NCBI GenBank assembly: GCA_050257635.1
Contig: JBLMXG010000023.1
Span: 4,350 to 68,349, forward strand
Origin: Chloroflexota bacterium
Lineage (GTDB): Bacteria; Desulfobacterota; Binatia; UBA9968
Reading direction: 5' to 3'
DNA length: 64,000 bases
A program made the translations under genes and the position numbers. The notes below the pieces were generated by a model that saw nothing but the letters and a program-made list of their open reading frames with translations, was not told the DNA's origin and did no database searches. This document shows positions 1-10,700 of this stretch, piece by piece (position 1 is the first letter of the stretch; the number at the start of each line of letters is the position of its first letter).

Positions 1-541
1 GATTGTTCGGGTAATTTATCCAGAGCAACTTCGCCTGCTTGGCAATATCGCTCGGGATTGCGTCGAGATCGGGCAAAAAATGATTTTCCCGTTTCAGCGG
101 GAGAAAATAGTTTTTACCGCCATTGAAAGCGGTGCCGATGTGATAAACGGGGTAACAAGGGCTCGCTACGAGCACGACGTCCCCAGGATCGACAAACGCC
201 ACGGCCATATTGCCGATACCCTCTTTGGAGCCGATCAAGGAAACCACCTCTCGGGCCGGATCGAGCTTGACCTGAAAGCGCGATTTATACCAACCGGCTA
301 CGGCTTCGCGAAATTCCGGCATCCCTGAGCTGTTCGGATAACGATGATTCGCTGGCTTGCTGGCACCTTCGAGCAATTTTTCGATGACGGGGCTTGGCGT
401 AGGGATATCGGGATCGCCAATTCCCAGGTCGATAAGATCCACTCCACGGGCCAGCGCTTCACGCTTTCTTCGATCAATTTCGGCGAAGAGGTAAGGTGGT
501 AACTCTTTGATTCTTTTGGCTTTATTTATGGTGAACGACAA
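1..541 (-). CDS. Class I/II aminotransferase, LL-diaminopimelate aminotransferase (DapL)-like; N-terminal part only, gene continues past window start
   Basis: Reverse-strand translation gives LSFTINKAKRIKELPPYLFAEIDRRKREALARGVDLIDLGIGDPDIPTP..., the characteristic N-terminus of DapL/AspC-type aminotransferases. A GGAGG motif lies 7 nt before a TTG at 541-539. Not in the ORF track because it has no stop inside the window. Confidence 0.7.
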   Translation of the reverse strand, partial: MSFTINKAKRIKELPPYLFAEIDRRKREALARGVDLIDLGIGDPDIPTPSPVIEKLLEGASKPANHRYPNSSGMPEFREAVAGWYKSRFQVKLDPAREVVSLIGSKEGIGNMAVAFVDPGDVVLVASPCYPVYHIGTAFNGGKNYFLPLKRENHFLPDLDAIPSDIAKQAKLLWINYPNN

Positions 542-681
542 CTTTGCAGCGCCTCCGTAAGAAAATCGCAACGGTTCTACCTGTTTTTTTTGGTTTTGAC
601 AACGGGTGATGGAAACTTCATTCTTAGTAAGCGGATAATGATTCGTCTAAAAACATAGATATAATCGTTGACGGCTATAAT

Positions 682-1161
682 TTGATCGGCAGTGATCTGG
701 GGCTACACGGAGCCTTGGAGCCGAAACGCCATTGGCTGGTTCAACGGCTCTCCTTATACCAGAAAATCAAACAGTTTAAAGTCACCGTGGTTTTCGATGG
801 TTGGCGCACCGGTCGTGGAGGAAAAGTCGAGCAGCAAGTCGATGGAATACGGGTCCTGTATTCTCAGCTCAACGAAAAGGCTGATGCCGTTATAGTCCGT
901 TTGGCACGGGAGAAGGGCAGTGGAGCGGTCGTGGTGTCCTCCGATCGGGAGATTCGCCGCGCGATAGAGCGTTTCGACGCCGTCGCAATAGCTGCGAGTG
1001 AATTTAGCAAAATTCTCCGCAGCCTCGACTTTGGGCAAAGCGGCGACGATTTTGGTGACGAAAGTTGCGAAAGTTGCATTGTACCGAAAAAGGGCAATCC
1101 AAGCCGGCTTTCCAAGCTCGAACGACGGCGCAATGAAAAGCTTAAGAAACTGAAATTATAA
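682..1161 (+). CDS. NYN-domain / YacP-like predicted RNA-binding (PIN-like) protein
   Basis: The ORF product contains FDGWRTGRGG...VVVSSDREIRRA. The in-frame codons 661-681 encode IIVDGYNL, the conserved YacP N-terminal motif, but no ATG/GTG/TTG precedes them, so the true start is unclear. Confidence 0.6.
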   Translation: MIGSDLGLHGALEPKRHWLVQRLSLYQKIKQFKVTVVFDGWRTGRGGKVEQQVDGIRVLYSQLNEKADAVIVRLAREKGSGAVVVSSDREIRRAIERFDAVAIAASEFSKILRSLDFGQSGDDFGDESCESCIVPKKGNPSRLSKLERRRNEKLKKLKL

Positions 1162-1328
1162 ATCGCGTTTGGCTCTTGGCCTATCGACGAGACCCCGGCG
1201 ACGAAGAGATTCACAGTGATTACCAACCACGACCTCCTTTGAATCGCCTAGCGAAAGGCGATTCCGAACCGAATACCGAGAGTCGCGACGGGGAGCCGTA
1301 TGGCGGCGCGTCAAGAATGTCGAAATGA

Positions 1329-2045
1329 TTACTTACTCGGCGGCTTTTCCATCCTGGTCAACAGGCCATTGGTCATGACCAGCACCGAGCCGTCCGGATA
1401 AAACCAGTGTTCTTCGGACACTTTTATCGGACCGCGTAGCTTCGTGATTCGCTGCGGGGCGCCGTAAACGCGCTTCACTTCCGCGCTGGTAAGCCCGGGA
1501 GTCGGTTGTTTTTTGATTGCTGCTTCTTTGACGGCCAGCGACCACGGCTGGGCTTTGATCCACGCGACGCGATCTTTTTCCTCGGCATCGCGTTGTTCTG
1601 CTTTTCGCTTCTCATCAGCGAAGGGATCGGCGGTGAAGATCGTCAGGTTGAGCGCCTCGTGAAACAGGTCTGGTCGAATATATGCGACCTTACCGGACTC
1701 GAACTTTACGGCGTAATAGGGATCTTTTTTTGCCCGTCCGGCCAGCTCGGTGATCACGAAGGATTCCTTGTCTACTGGGCGAAAGGCAGCGGCTGCCGCG
1801 CCCGGGGCATTGACGAATTCCGGCATCTTGCCGTCCTGGGAGGAAAGCCAGAAGGTCTGCCCTACGCGGGTGGCCAGAGCATCCATCTGCTTATCGGTAT
1901 AATGATCGGAGGCGCTCACGATCCCGCGCAACGGCGAGACGAGCAGCAAAAAGATTGTGAATCCACCAAGTAACGATTTCACAGCATCGGTATTATGTTG
2001 CCGGCACCCCACTAAAATAGTCATCGACTCGCTTTCCACAAGCAC
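1329..2045 (-). CDS. Hypothetical protein, probable secreted (N-terminal hydrophobic segment)
   Basis: 238-aa ORF with the signal-like stretch SLLGGFTIFLLLVSPLRGIVSA. No recognisable domain. The start is probably downstream of the ORF-track start. Confidence 0.4.
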   Translation of the reverse strand: MLVESESMTILVGCRQHNTDAVKSLLGGFTIFLLLVSPLRGIVSASDHYTDKQMDALATRVGQTFWLSSQDGKMPEFVNAPGAAAAAFRPVDKESFVITELAGRAKKDPYYAVKFESGKVAYIRPDLFHEALNLTIFTADPFADEKRKAEQRDAEEKDRVAWIKAQPWSLAVKEAAIKKQPTPGLTSAEVKRVYGAPQRITKLRGPIKVSEEHWFYPDGSVLVMTNGLLTRMEKPPSK

Positions 2046-2206
2046 TTCACGGCATCTTCATCGAACATAAATTAGCACTTAAGGCGTGGGACGCAATCGG
2101 AGCGGACTAGTGAAGTCGGATTTTCAGTTGCGCGTTTCTGCGGAGACCGGTCGGGGCAAGTCGGATCGACCAGGGACCAACAAAGCTTATTCAGCTGGAT
2201 AGAAGT

Positions 2207-2283
2207 TGGTTGCGGGGCCGGGATTTGAACCCGGGACCTCAAGGTTATGAGCCTTGCGAGCTACCAGACTGCTCCACCCCGCG
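2207..2283 (-). tRNA. tRNA-Met (CAT), initiator type (tRNA-fMet)
   Basis: 77-nt cloverleaf read from the reverse strand: CGCGGGG/CCCCGCA acceptor stem with a C1:A72 mismatch, an A11:U24 pair, anticodon loop CTCATAA (anticodon CAT), T-loop TTCAAAT, encoded CCA. Close to the E. coli metZ/metY sequence. Confidence 0.85.
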
Positions 2284-2344
2284 ACATCAAATTGAGTTAT
2301 TCTTCTACCTTGCGCTTTAATCGGAGTCAAGGTAGGGAAACGCT

Positions 2345-2770
2345 ATGAGCGACAAAAATCGCAACCCACTGTTGACCGTCGATATCATCATTGAACTCGC
2401 CCGCGGTGAAATTGTCCTTATCGAACGAAAAAACCCGCCGCATGGATGGGCTTTGCCTGGCGGCTTCGTCGATTATGGTGAGAGCGTCGAAAACGCCGCC
2501 GTCCGTGAGGCCAGAGAAGAAACCTCTCTCGATGTCAAATTGACGGAGCAGTTTTATACTTACTCCGATCCGGCCAGAGACGCGCGTCACCATACCGTCT
2601 CGACGGTTTTTATCGCCAGTGCCCACGGAGTTCCGCGCGGTGCCGACGACGCCAAAGCCGCTCGCCCCTTCGGAGAAGTTAATTTACCAACGCCGCTCGC
2701 GTTCGACCACGCCCAAATCTTGCGCGACTACTTCGTGTTCAAAAAAACCGGCTGCCGGCCGAAACCCTGA
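2345..2770 (+). CDS. NUDIX hydrolase
   Basis: Nudix box [24 protein letters not shown] (GX5EX7REUXEEXGU). 141 aa. Confidence 0.8.
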   Translation: MSDKNRNPLLTVDIIIELARGEIVLIERKNPPHGWALPGGFVDYGESVENAAVREAREETSLDVKLTEQFYTYSDPARDARHHTVSTVFIASAHGVPRGADDAKAARPFGEVNLPTPLAFDHAQILRDYFVFKKTGCRPKP

Positions 2771-2782
2771 GGCTGCCGAGGG

Positions 2783-3979
2783 CTAAGTCAGCTTTGCCAC
2801 TGCGTCCCGGATTCGAGCGCAGCCTTTTTCAATATCTTCGAGCGAGGTCGCGTAAGAAAAACGAATATGCTCGTGAGAGCCGAAGTCTTCTCCGGGAACA
2901 CCGGCGACTTTGGCTTCCTCGAGCAAATAATCCGCGAAATCGCAGGGAGAGCAAAGTTTCTTGCCCAGGCCGGTTTTGTTCAGAAGTAGGCTGATGTTGG
3001 GAAAGACATAAAATGCTCCCTCGGGCTTTAGACACGTGATGCCTTCGATGGCGTTGAGCCTATCGACGATCACATCGCGCCTTCTGTGAAACTCGTGCAC
3101 CATGTGAGCGACTTCGTCTTGCGGCCCGCGGATCGCTTCGAGCGCGGCCGCCTGGGCGATGGAGGTCGGATTCGACGTGCTTTGACTTTGGATCTTGGCG
3201 CCCGCGCCGATGACATCGCTCGGTCCAAGGGCGTAGCCAATACGCCACCCGGTCATCGCGTAGGTTTTCGAGACGCCGTTTACAATGATCGTGCGATCGC
3301 GCAGTGACGGGCATAGGGATACGATATTGTGAACCTCGAAACCGTCGTAGACGATTTTCTCGTAAATATCGTCGGCAAGGATCAGACAGTCATGCTTCAC
3401 CAGCACGGCGCCGATGGCCCGTAGCTCATCCCGGCTGTAAGTAGCGCCGGTAGGATTACACGGGCTGTTCAACAAAAAAACCCGGGTTCGCGGACTCAGT
3501 GCGGCTTGGAGCTGTTCCGCCCCGATCCTAAAACCAGTCCCCTCACTGGAGGGAATCAGCTTCGGCGCTCCGCCGGCGAGCAAAGCCATATCCGAATAGC
3601 TCACCCAGTAGGGTGCCGGGATGATTACCTCATCGCCCGGGTTCACCACGGCCTGCAGAATGTTGTAAACGGAATGTTTGGCGCCGCAGCTGACCAGCAC
3701 GTCCTCCTTGCGGAATTCAAGGCCATGCTCGCGTCGGTATTTTTCGCTGATCGCGGCGCGCAAGGGTTCGATGCCTTTTACGTCCGTGTACTTCGTCATC
3801 CCTTTGCGCAACGCCTCGATGGCGGCGGCTTTGATATGCTCGGGGGTGTCAAAATCGGGCTCACCGGCGGAAAAGTTGACCACGTCGACGCCTTCTGCGC
3901 GCAGCTTGCCCGCCTTCGCGGCGATTGCCAGAGTAACCGAAGGCTTAATCAGGTTGGTTCGGTCAGCGAGTTTTGTCAT
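2783..3979 (-). CDS. Aspartate/aromatic aminotransferase (PLP-dependent, class I)
   Basis: 398 aa with NFSAGEPDFDTP, NPTGATYS and the SKTYAMTGWRIGY lysine motif typical of AspC/AspB. Confidence 0.85.
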   Translation of the reverse strand: MTKLADRTNLIKPSVTLAIAAKAGKLRAEGVDVVNFSAGEPDFDTPEHIKAAAIEALRKGMTKYTDVKGIEPLRAAISEKYRREHGLEFRKEDVLVSCGAKHSVYNILQAVVNPGDEVIIPAPYWVSYSDMALLAGGAPKLIPSSEGTGFRIGAEQLQAALSPRTRVFLLNSPCNPTGATYSRDELRAIGAVLVKHDCLILADDIYEKIVYDGFEVHNIVSLCPSLRDRTIIVNGVSKTYAMTGWRIGYALGPSDVIGAGAKIQSQSTSNPTSIAQAAALEAIRGPQDEVAHMVHEFHRRRDVIVDRLNAIEGITCLKPEGAFYVFPNISLLLNKTGLGKKLCSPCDFADYLLEEAKVAGVPGEDFGSHEHIRFSYATSLEDIEKGCARIRDAVAKLT

Positions 3980-3991
3980 GCGAAGCGATCC

Positions 3992-4486
3992 TTAGCGTTT
4001 AAACATTTCCTGGAGTTTCCTTAAAACATTATGAGGTACTAGACCGGAGACATCGCCGCCCAGACTGACCACTTCTTTTACCAGCCGCGAGCTAATGTAA
4101 AACTCCGACTCACCGGTCATCATGAACAAGGTTTCGATCTGCGGTTTGAGGCGGTGGTTCATCATTGCCATTTGAAATTCGTACTCAAAATCGGAGACCG
4201 CACGCAAGCCGCGGATGATTACCCGGGAATTTTTCCGTTCCGCGTATTCCACCAGCAAACCCTGAAAAGAGTCGGCTTCGACGCGGCCTTGAAGCCCGGC
4301 GAAGACCTGATCGATCATTTGCAAGCGCTCCTCGACGCTAAAAAGCGAACGGTCCTTATCCGGGTTGGTGGCGATAGCGACGATGATTTTATCGAACACC
4401 CTCAACGTGCGTTTGACCAGATCGACGTGTCCGTTGGTGATCGGATCGAAAGAACCGGGGTAAATGGCAACCGTGTCGTTTGTCAT
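3992..4486 (-). CDS. coaD: Phosphopantetheine adenylyltransferase
   Basis: IYPGSFDPITNGHVDLVKR (nucleotidyltransferase H/TxGH motif), 164 aa. Its ATG overlaps the rsmD stop as ATGA. Confidence 0.9.
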   Translation of the reverse strand: MTNDTVAIYPGSFDPITNGHVDLVKRTLRVFDKIIVAIATNPDKDRSLFSVEERLQMIDQVFAGLQGRVEADSFQGLLVEYAERKNSRVIIRGLRAVSDFEYEFQMAMMNHRLKPQIETLFMMTGESEFYISSRLVKEVVSLGGDVSGLVPHNVLRKLQEMFKR

Positions 4487-5070
4487 GGCGTAGATCCTCT
4501 AGTTGCTGGATGGGCGTCCACCGCCTGTTTAAAAAATGACAAGAGCGTATCTCCATAGCGCCGCTGATCGTATTGTACCAGCGAATCATAAGTCGGTCGG
4601 ACCGCCTCGCGCGCGCTATGCTCGCCAACGATGGTTCCCGACACGCTGAGCAGGCGGCCTTGAGCGATGAGTTTTAGGGAGGAACCCATCAGACCCTGCT
4701 CGTAGGGCGGATCGAGAAAAATCAAGTCAAAAGTCTCGCCGCGCTTGGCAAGCGCGCGCAGGGCTCGAGCCACTGGAGCAACCCACACCGTCGACGACTC
4801 GCCGAAACCCAGGCGATCGAGATTCTGTCTGGTCGTGCGGGCTGACTTTGCAGAGGCGTCCACCAGCAGGGCGCTCGCTGCGCCGCGGCTCAACGCTTCG
4901 ATGCTTACATTGCCCGTACCGGAAAAAAGGTCAAGCACTCTCATCCCGGAAAAATCCCTCGGCAGAATGTTGAAGAGCGACTCTTTGACCCTCGCCGCGG
5001 TGGGCCGCACAGACCGGCCTTTCGGCACAAGCAGACGGCGGCCTTTTGCCGTTCCTCCAATGACTCGCAT
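4483..5070 (-). CDS. rsmD: 16S rRNA (guanine966-N2)-methyltransferase
   Basis: VLDLFSGTGNVSIEALSRGA ... IFLDPPY motifs (N6/N2 MTase DPPY). The conserved rsmD-coaD pair is translationally coupled. Confidence 0.85.
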   Translation of the reverse strand: MRVIGGTAKGRRLLVPKGRSVRPTAARVKESLFNILPRDFSGMRVLDLFSGTGNVSIEALSRGAASALLVDASAKSARTTRQNLDRLGFGESSTVWVAPVARALRALAKRGETFDLIFLDPPYEQGLMGSSLKLIAQGRLLSVSGTIVGEHSAREAVRPTYDSLVQYDQRRYGDTLLSFFKQAVDAHPATRGSTP

Positions 5071-5135
5071 CGCTTATTATTCCTTGCTAAGCAAGCGCCT
5101 TGTTAAATCGCGAATTTTCCCCACGTGCTGATTCT

Positions 5136-6173
5136 TCATCGGCTCACGCGCAGGACGATCTTACCGAATTGTTGCCCGTCTTGCATCCGCCGCTGCGCCC
5201 ACTTAGCGTCTTCCAGCGGAAAAATTTGGTCGATGACCGGTTTGCGATGGGAAGCTTCCATGAAGCTGAGCAACTGGCGAAACTCCGCGCGGCTCCCAGC
5301 TGTCGTGCCGAAAATTTTGAGATGGTTCCAGAAGATTCGCCGCAGATCGGTTTTAACCGACGCGCCGGCGTTCGCGCCGCAGGTTACCAGCCTGCCGCCG
5401 CGCGCGAGCGCCGCCAGGCATTTCACCCATTGCTCGCCGCCGTTGCAGTCGATGACGACGTCGACGCCGCGCTTGCCGGTCAACCGCCGCACTTCTTGAG
5501 GGAAGTCGGGATTACGATAGTCAAGTCCATGTGCCGCGCCAAGCTCCAGGGCCCGGGCCAACTTCACCTCGCTGCTTGAGGTTACGATAATGCGCGCACC
5601 GAAAGCGCTCGCCAGATGGAGCGCCGCCGTGGCGATGCCGCCGCCCGCCCCCATGATTAGAACCCGTTCTCCTGGCCTGAGCTCGGCATGGCCGATCAAC
5701 ATGCGCCAAACGGTCACATAGACCAGCGGAAAGGCGGCTGCTTCGTCAAACGACAATCCAACTGGCACGGCGAAGCAATTTTTTGCCGGCACCCGGATAT
5801 ATTCAGCGTAAGTGCCATTGTCATGTTCTCCCCATAGCTGCATTGCCGTACAACCGCACTCCAGCCCTTCGGCGCAGGTGCGGCACCGGCCGCAGCCGGT
5901 CAAAGGGTAGAGGCAAACGGCATCACCCGGTTTGACATTTTTTACCTCGGCGCCCACGGCGACGACCGTGCCTGACCCATCCGCGCCGAGAATGCGCGGT
6001 GAAAAAAGTTCTCCACCACGAGTGCCGGAGCGGATGGCTAAGTCAACAGGGTTCAGTGCCGCCGCTTCGAGTTTGACAATGACGTCCCTCGGCGATTGGA
6101 GCTCGGGGTCGTTGGTTTCCTCGTAGCGCAGTTGCTCAATACCGCCGTGGGCGTGAATCTGTACCGCCTTCAA
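5136..6173 (-). CDS. Zinc-binding alcohol dehydrogenase (MDR superfamily)
   Basis: GROES-like N-terminus, structural-zinc Cys cluster GCGRCRTCAEGLECGC, Rossmann motif LIMGAGGGIATAA. Confidence 0.8.
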   Translation of the reverse strand: MKAVQIHAHGGIEQLRYEETNDPELQSPRDVIVKLEAAALNPVDLAIRSGTRGGELFSPRILGADGSGTVVAVGAEVKNVKPGDAVCLYPLTGCGRCRTCAEGLECGCTAMQLWGEHDNGTYAEYIRVPAKNCFAVPVGLSFDEAAAFPLVYVTVWRMLIGHAELRPGERVLIMGAGGGIATAALHLASAFGARIIVTSSSEVKLARALELGAAHGLDYRNPDFPQEVRRLTGKRGVDVVIDCNGGEQWVKCLAALARGGRLVTCGANAGASVKTDLRRIFWNHLKIFGTTAGSRAEFRQLLSFMEASHRKPVIDQIFPLEDAKWAQRRMQDGQQFGKIVLRVSR

Positions 6174-6330
6174 AGTGATGTCCTCGACGGCCTTTCACCC
6201 GTAACCGATAGCCACGGTTGCGCCAGGGCGGCGGTCCGAAGCGAATTTAGACTGCCCATTGCCTCTTCGGAACTCCGCAAGCCTGACTGGCTACGGGTGC
6301 TGATTGGCCGATTGTGATCGATTCCGGCGC

Positions 6331-6681
6331 TTACGCCGAGAAAGACGTGCCGCAGCCGCAAGTGGCCGTAGCGTTGGGATTGGTGAATTTGAAGCCGCCG
6401 CCGTAAAGGCCCGGGACGAAGTCGATCACCATGCCCGCCAGATAGGGCGCGCTGCGGTTATCAACGAAGACCTTCACTCCGTTCAGCTCCAAAACGATGT
6501 CGTCCGGTTTGTGCCGGTCTTCAAAATCCAGTTTGTAAGAGAACCCGGAGCAACCTCCGTCGGCCACGGCCACGCGCAGGCCACAACCGTCGCGCGAATC
6601 GCGGTCCAACAGCTTTTTGATCTGTTCGACGGCGCTCGCCGTCAGCGAAAGGCTCACGGTACCTGTAAGCGCGGGTTCCAT
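6331..6681 (-). CDS. erpA: Iron-sulfur cluster insertion protein (HesB/IscA/ErpA family)
   Basis: 116 aa ending ...CGCGTSFSA with the three conserved Cys of A-type carriers. Confidence 0.8.
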   Translation of the reverse strand: MEPALTGTVSLSLTASAVEQIKKLLDRDSRDGCGLRVAVADGGCSGFSYKLDFEDRHKPDDIVLELNGVKVFVDNRSAPYLAGMVIDFVPGLYGGGFKFTNPNATATCGCGTSFSA

Positions 6682-6752
6682 AAATACTCATCAAAAGGGT
6701 ATTGCTCGTTGTCAAACATGTCAAGAGCGTGTTTAGCCACCCGGACCGACGG

Positions 6753-7679
6753 TTAACTTTCGAACAGGGCGCGGACAAAGTTTGCCGCATCGAAGGCTTG
6801 AAGATCGTCGATCTCTTCGCCGACGCCGATGTATTTAACCGGTACGCCTAACTCCTCCTGGATACCGATAATGACGCCGCCTTTGGCCGTGCCGTCGAGC
6901 TTGGTCAAAACGATGCCCGTGATATCGGCGGCTTCTTTGAAGACCCGCGCTTGCTGCAAACCGTTTTGTCCGGTCGTTGCATCGAGAACGAGGAGTGTTT
7001 CGTGGGGGGCATCCGGCTGCTCGCGCGCGATGACACGACGGATCTTTTTGAGCTCTTCGATCAAGTGAACCTTGGTGTGGAGCCGCCCAGCGGTGTCGAT
7101 CAGCAGAACGTCGACGCCTCGGCTTTTTGCCGCCTGCATGCCGTCGAATACCACCGCCGACGGATCGGCGCCGGCGCGGTGTTTGATGACGTCGACACCG
7201 GTGCGTCTGCCCCACACGTCGAGCTGCTCGACGGCGGCGGCACGAAAGGTGTCGCCAGCAACCAGCAGGACTTTTTTGCCGGAGCCATGGAACTGCGCGG
7301 CGAGCTTGCCGATTGTGGTGGTTTTACCGACGCCGTTGACGCCGAGAAAGATGATGACCCAGGGGCGCGCGGATAGAGGCGCCGGTTTGGTCGGGGGCCT
7401 GGAATCCTCCAGCATCCGCACCATGGCTGCTTGAAGCCGTCCACTCATCTCTTGCGCGGGATTATCGCCGCCAGTGGGTGATTGCCGGCGCAGGCTATCG
7501 ATAAGTTTTTGGGTTGCTTTGATGCCGACGTCGGCGGCGATCAAGCTTTCTTCCATCGCGGCGAGGGAATTTTCGTCCCAGCGGCGGTTCTGAAAAATCA
7601 CGCCGATTTTTCCGGCCAGGCTTTCGCGACTCTTGGTCAGGCCCTGTTTAAGACGCTGAAAAAACGATCCGCCGTTCAT
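6753..7679 (-). CDS. ftsY: Signal recognition particle receptor FtsY
   Basis: SRP-GTPase NG domain: GVNGVGKTTTIGKLA, DTAGR, TKLDGTAKGG. Sits immediately downstream of smc, the conserved order. Confidence 0.9.
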   Translation of the reverse strand: MNGGSFFQRLKQGLTKSRESLAGKIGVIFQNRRWDENSLAAMEESLIAADVGIKATQKLIDSLRRQSPTGGDNPAQEMSGRLQAAMVRMLEDSRPPTKPAPLSARPWVIIFLGVNGVGKTTTIGKLAAQFHGSGKKVLLVAGDTFRAAAVEQLDVWGRRTGVDVIKHRAGADPSAVVFDGMQAAKSRGVDVLLIDTAGRLHTKVHLIEELKKIRRVIAREQPDAPHETLLVLDATTGQNGLQQARVFKEAADITGIVLTKLDGTAKGGVIIGIQEELGVPVKYIGVGEEIDDLQAFDAANFVRALFES

Positions 7680-7741
7680 GGCCTGATAGTGTTAGAACGA
7701 TTTCTCGGAGTCAACCGGGTAGGATGAAAGTCGCCGTGCAG

Positions 7742-10700
7742 CTACTGCATTCTTACCGAGACGACCTTGGAAACCCCGGGCTCTGCCATGGTGATGCCGT
7801 AGAGCATCTCGGCGGCCTGCATGGATTTCTTGTTGTGTGTGACCAGGATGAATTGCGAGTGCTCGCTCATTTCCTTGATCATGTCGTTGAAGCGATCGAT
7901 GTTGGCGTCGTCGAGCGGGGCGTCGACTTCGTCGAGAAAGCAAAACGGGCTGGGCTTGGTCAAAAAAATCGCGAACAAGAGGCTGACCGCAGTGAGCGCC
8001 TTTTCGCCTCCGGACAGCAGCGTGATCGATTGCAACTTTTTCCCCGGCGGTTGGACCACGATATCGACACCGGTTTCAAGGTAGTCGTTCTCGTCGGTGA
8101 GCACCAGCTTCGCCTTGCCGCCGCGGAACAGGCGCGGAAAGATGGCTTCGAACTTTTCATTGATCGATTCGAAGCTTTCCTTGAAACGCAGCCGGCAAAT
8201 CCGGTTCAGCTTGACGATGGTTTGCTGCAAGTCCGCGATCGACTTCTCCAGATCTTCTTTCTGTTGGTTCATGAAACGGAAGCGTTCGGCAAGCTCTTCG
8301 TATTCACCGATCGCGGCCAGATTGACTTCGCCCATGCGCTCCAACCTGCCGCGCAGATCCTCGATATCTGCGGCGAGCTCCGCTGGCGACGGCCGGTTCT
8401 CGGCGAAATCGATGGTCAAGTTTTCCAAGTCGGTATCGTACTTGTCCCGTAAGTTGGCGGCTAGATGTTGCAGGCCGAGGCGTTGCTCGGCGAGGGCCAA
8501 CTGAATACGGCTTCTTTCTTCCTGACAGGCTTCGAGCAAGGGCCGGAGTTCTTTGAGGCTTTCGGTGATCTCGGCAACTCCCATGGAAATTTGCCGGTAG
8601 TTCTGCCGGTCATCTTGCAGGCGGGCTTCGAGAGCCTGCAGCTCAACGCGGCTTTGTCGAAGCGCTTCTTCGGTTTGCGCTACCGCTTGCTCGATCTCGA
8701 CGCGGCGCCTCTGATAATCGCAGATCTGTTCCCGCCGCAAAGCGATCTCTTGGGCCGCTTCCTCTTGAAGTTTGAGGCGATTGGCCAAATTCGCATGCGT
8801 GTTTTCGCGTTTTTCGCCCAGGGCGGCGTTGCGGATGCGCGATTGCGTCACGGCGCTTTCGGCGGCTTCAGCGGAGTGGCCCAATTCAGTTGATTCGTTT
8901 TGCTTGCGCGCCAAGGCCGCCTCGCGGGCGAGCTTTTCCTCGGACCGAGTTTGCGCCGAGGTATGGCACCGCTGAATTTCGTCGGCGAGAAGTTGCAGTG
9001 TCGTCGTCAAATCGCTCTGTTCCTGGATGAGGGCTTGCGTCGATTGGGTCAAGCGCTCGCTCTCTTGACTTGCGGCGCGGTGCTCATGCTCCAAGCGGAC
9101 CCGCTCGAGATCGAGCCGATGGATCTCGGCGGCCAAGACCGTCTTTTGAGTTTCCACATGCTCCAAGCGCTGCTTGAGCTTTTCATGCTGGCGCTCCTCT
9201 TGAGCAATCTCCAGATCACGCTCGGCAAGTATACTTGTGAGCTCGCGAATGCGACGCCTTTGCGTTAGAAAGCTCGCTTCCAGCGGTGCCTCGCTGCCGC
9301 CGGTCACGGTGCCGATTGGGTCGATTACTTCGCCCTCAGAAGTCACCATCGTGCTGTGATAACCATTGCGGTTCCAAAGCGCCAAACCGGCCTGAAGATC
9401 GCATACCACCACCACGTCGGAAAGCAGATACTCCGCGACATCGCGAAACCCGTCTTGAACCGAAATGATGTCGATCATCGGTGCAATCACTTCAGCTTCG
9501 CCGAGAGGCAATTCTTTATGCGGCTTGCGCGATAGTTCGAGGGGTATGAAGCTGCCGCGGCCGGAAGCTTGGGTCTTGAGATAATCAATCGCTTCGAGGC
9601 CTTCTTGGTGGCTTTTTACGATGATGTATTGCAGACGGTCGCCAAGAACCGCGGTCAGCGCCTTTTCGTAGGGTTCCGGCGCCTCGATGACCTCGGCCAC
9701 CAAGCCGTAGATTCCGTTGGCGGCGGCCCCTTGCTGCTTCTTAAGCATGATAGCGCGCACGCCTTCTTGATAGCCTTCGTAGTTTTTTTGCAGCTCTTCG
9801 AGAGAACGCAAACGTGAACGGCTCTCGTGAATCTGTTCTTTGATCCGCGCGATTTTGGATTCCTGCTCTTCGCGGCTTTTGTTCAAGCCCTGAATCGTCG
9901 CGCTTGCCTGGGCGGCTTCGAGCGTGCGATCGCGCACGGCATCGAGGCAGCTTGCCAACGCTGCGGCGCTGTCCGTCTTCTTCGCTTCGCATCGGGCCAG
10001 TTCGGCCGATACCTGAGCGAGATCGGCACGGCTCCGTGCCAGCTCTCGATCGATTTCGTCGTGGCGTTTTTCCTTGGCGAGAGCTTCATTCTTCAAATTA
10101 GCGATCTGATTGGCGGTGTCGATTAGCGCCGCCTTTTCCTCTTCCAGTTCCGTCTGAAGAGTGCGCAGCCCGGATTGAAGCTTTTCGAGCTCATTTTCCT
10201 TGTCGCGAAGAAACGATTCTTCAAAAAGCGAAAGCTGAATAAAACTCTCGTTGGCCTTGTTGAGTTCTTCGATTTCCCGAGTGAGGGTTTTGATTCTCCC
10301 TTCGAGCTGTGCCAGGGAGGCGCGTGTGTTGCTTTCGTTCTGCGCCAGCTGCGCCAGATCCTTGCGGAAAAATTCACACTTTTGCTCGTCGGTTTGAATT
10401 GCAGATCGGCGCTGGTAGACGGCTTCCTGCTGCGCGCCGATCGCCTTGTCCGCTTCCAGTAACGACAAGCGCACCGACTCGTTCTCCGCTTCTTTGCCAT
10501 GCATCGAAGCCAGATACTCGGCAAGGCGCTTTTCGGCCTCGGTCAACCGGCTTTCTTTACGGGCAATTTCGGCGTTAAAAGCCGCGCGCTGTAAAAACGC
10601 TCCCGCGAGCTCTTTGTCTTTCAGCTCCGCTCTGAGGGCGCGATAACGCTCGGCCTTTTTCGCCTGCAATTCCATCGTGCGGATCTGCCGCTCGATCTCG

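Noticed and set aside
80-328. Plus-strand 82-aa ORF.
   Set aside because: Entirely inside the reverse-strand aminotransferase N-terminal coding region, which has clear family motifs.
1506-1973. Plus-strand 155-aa ORF.
   Set aside because: Antisense to the 1329-2045 gene, with no RBS or domain signal.
3160-3185. GGATTCGACGTGC resembles the conserved 5' region of tmRNA.
   Set aside because: It lies inside the well-supported aspartate aminotransferase CDS, and no tRNA-like 3' domain or tag reading frame follows.
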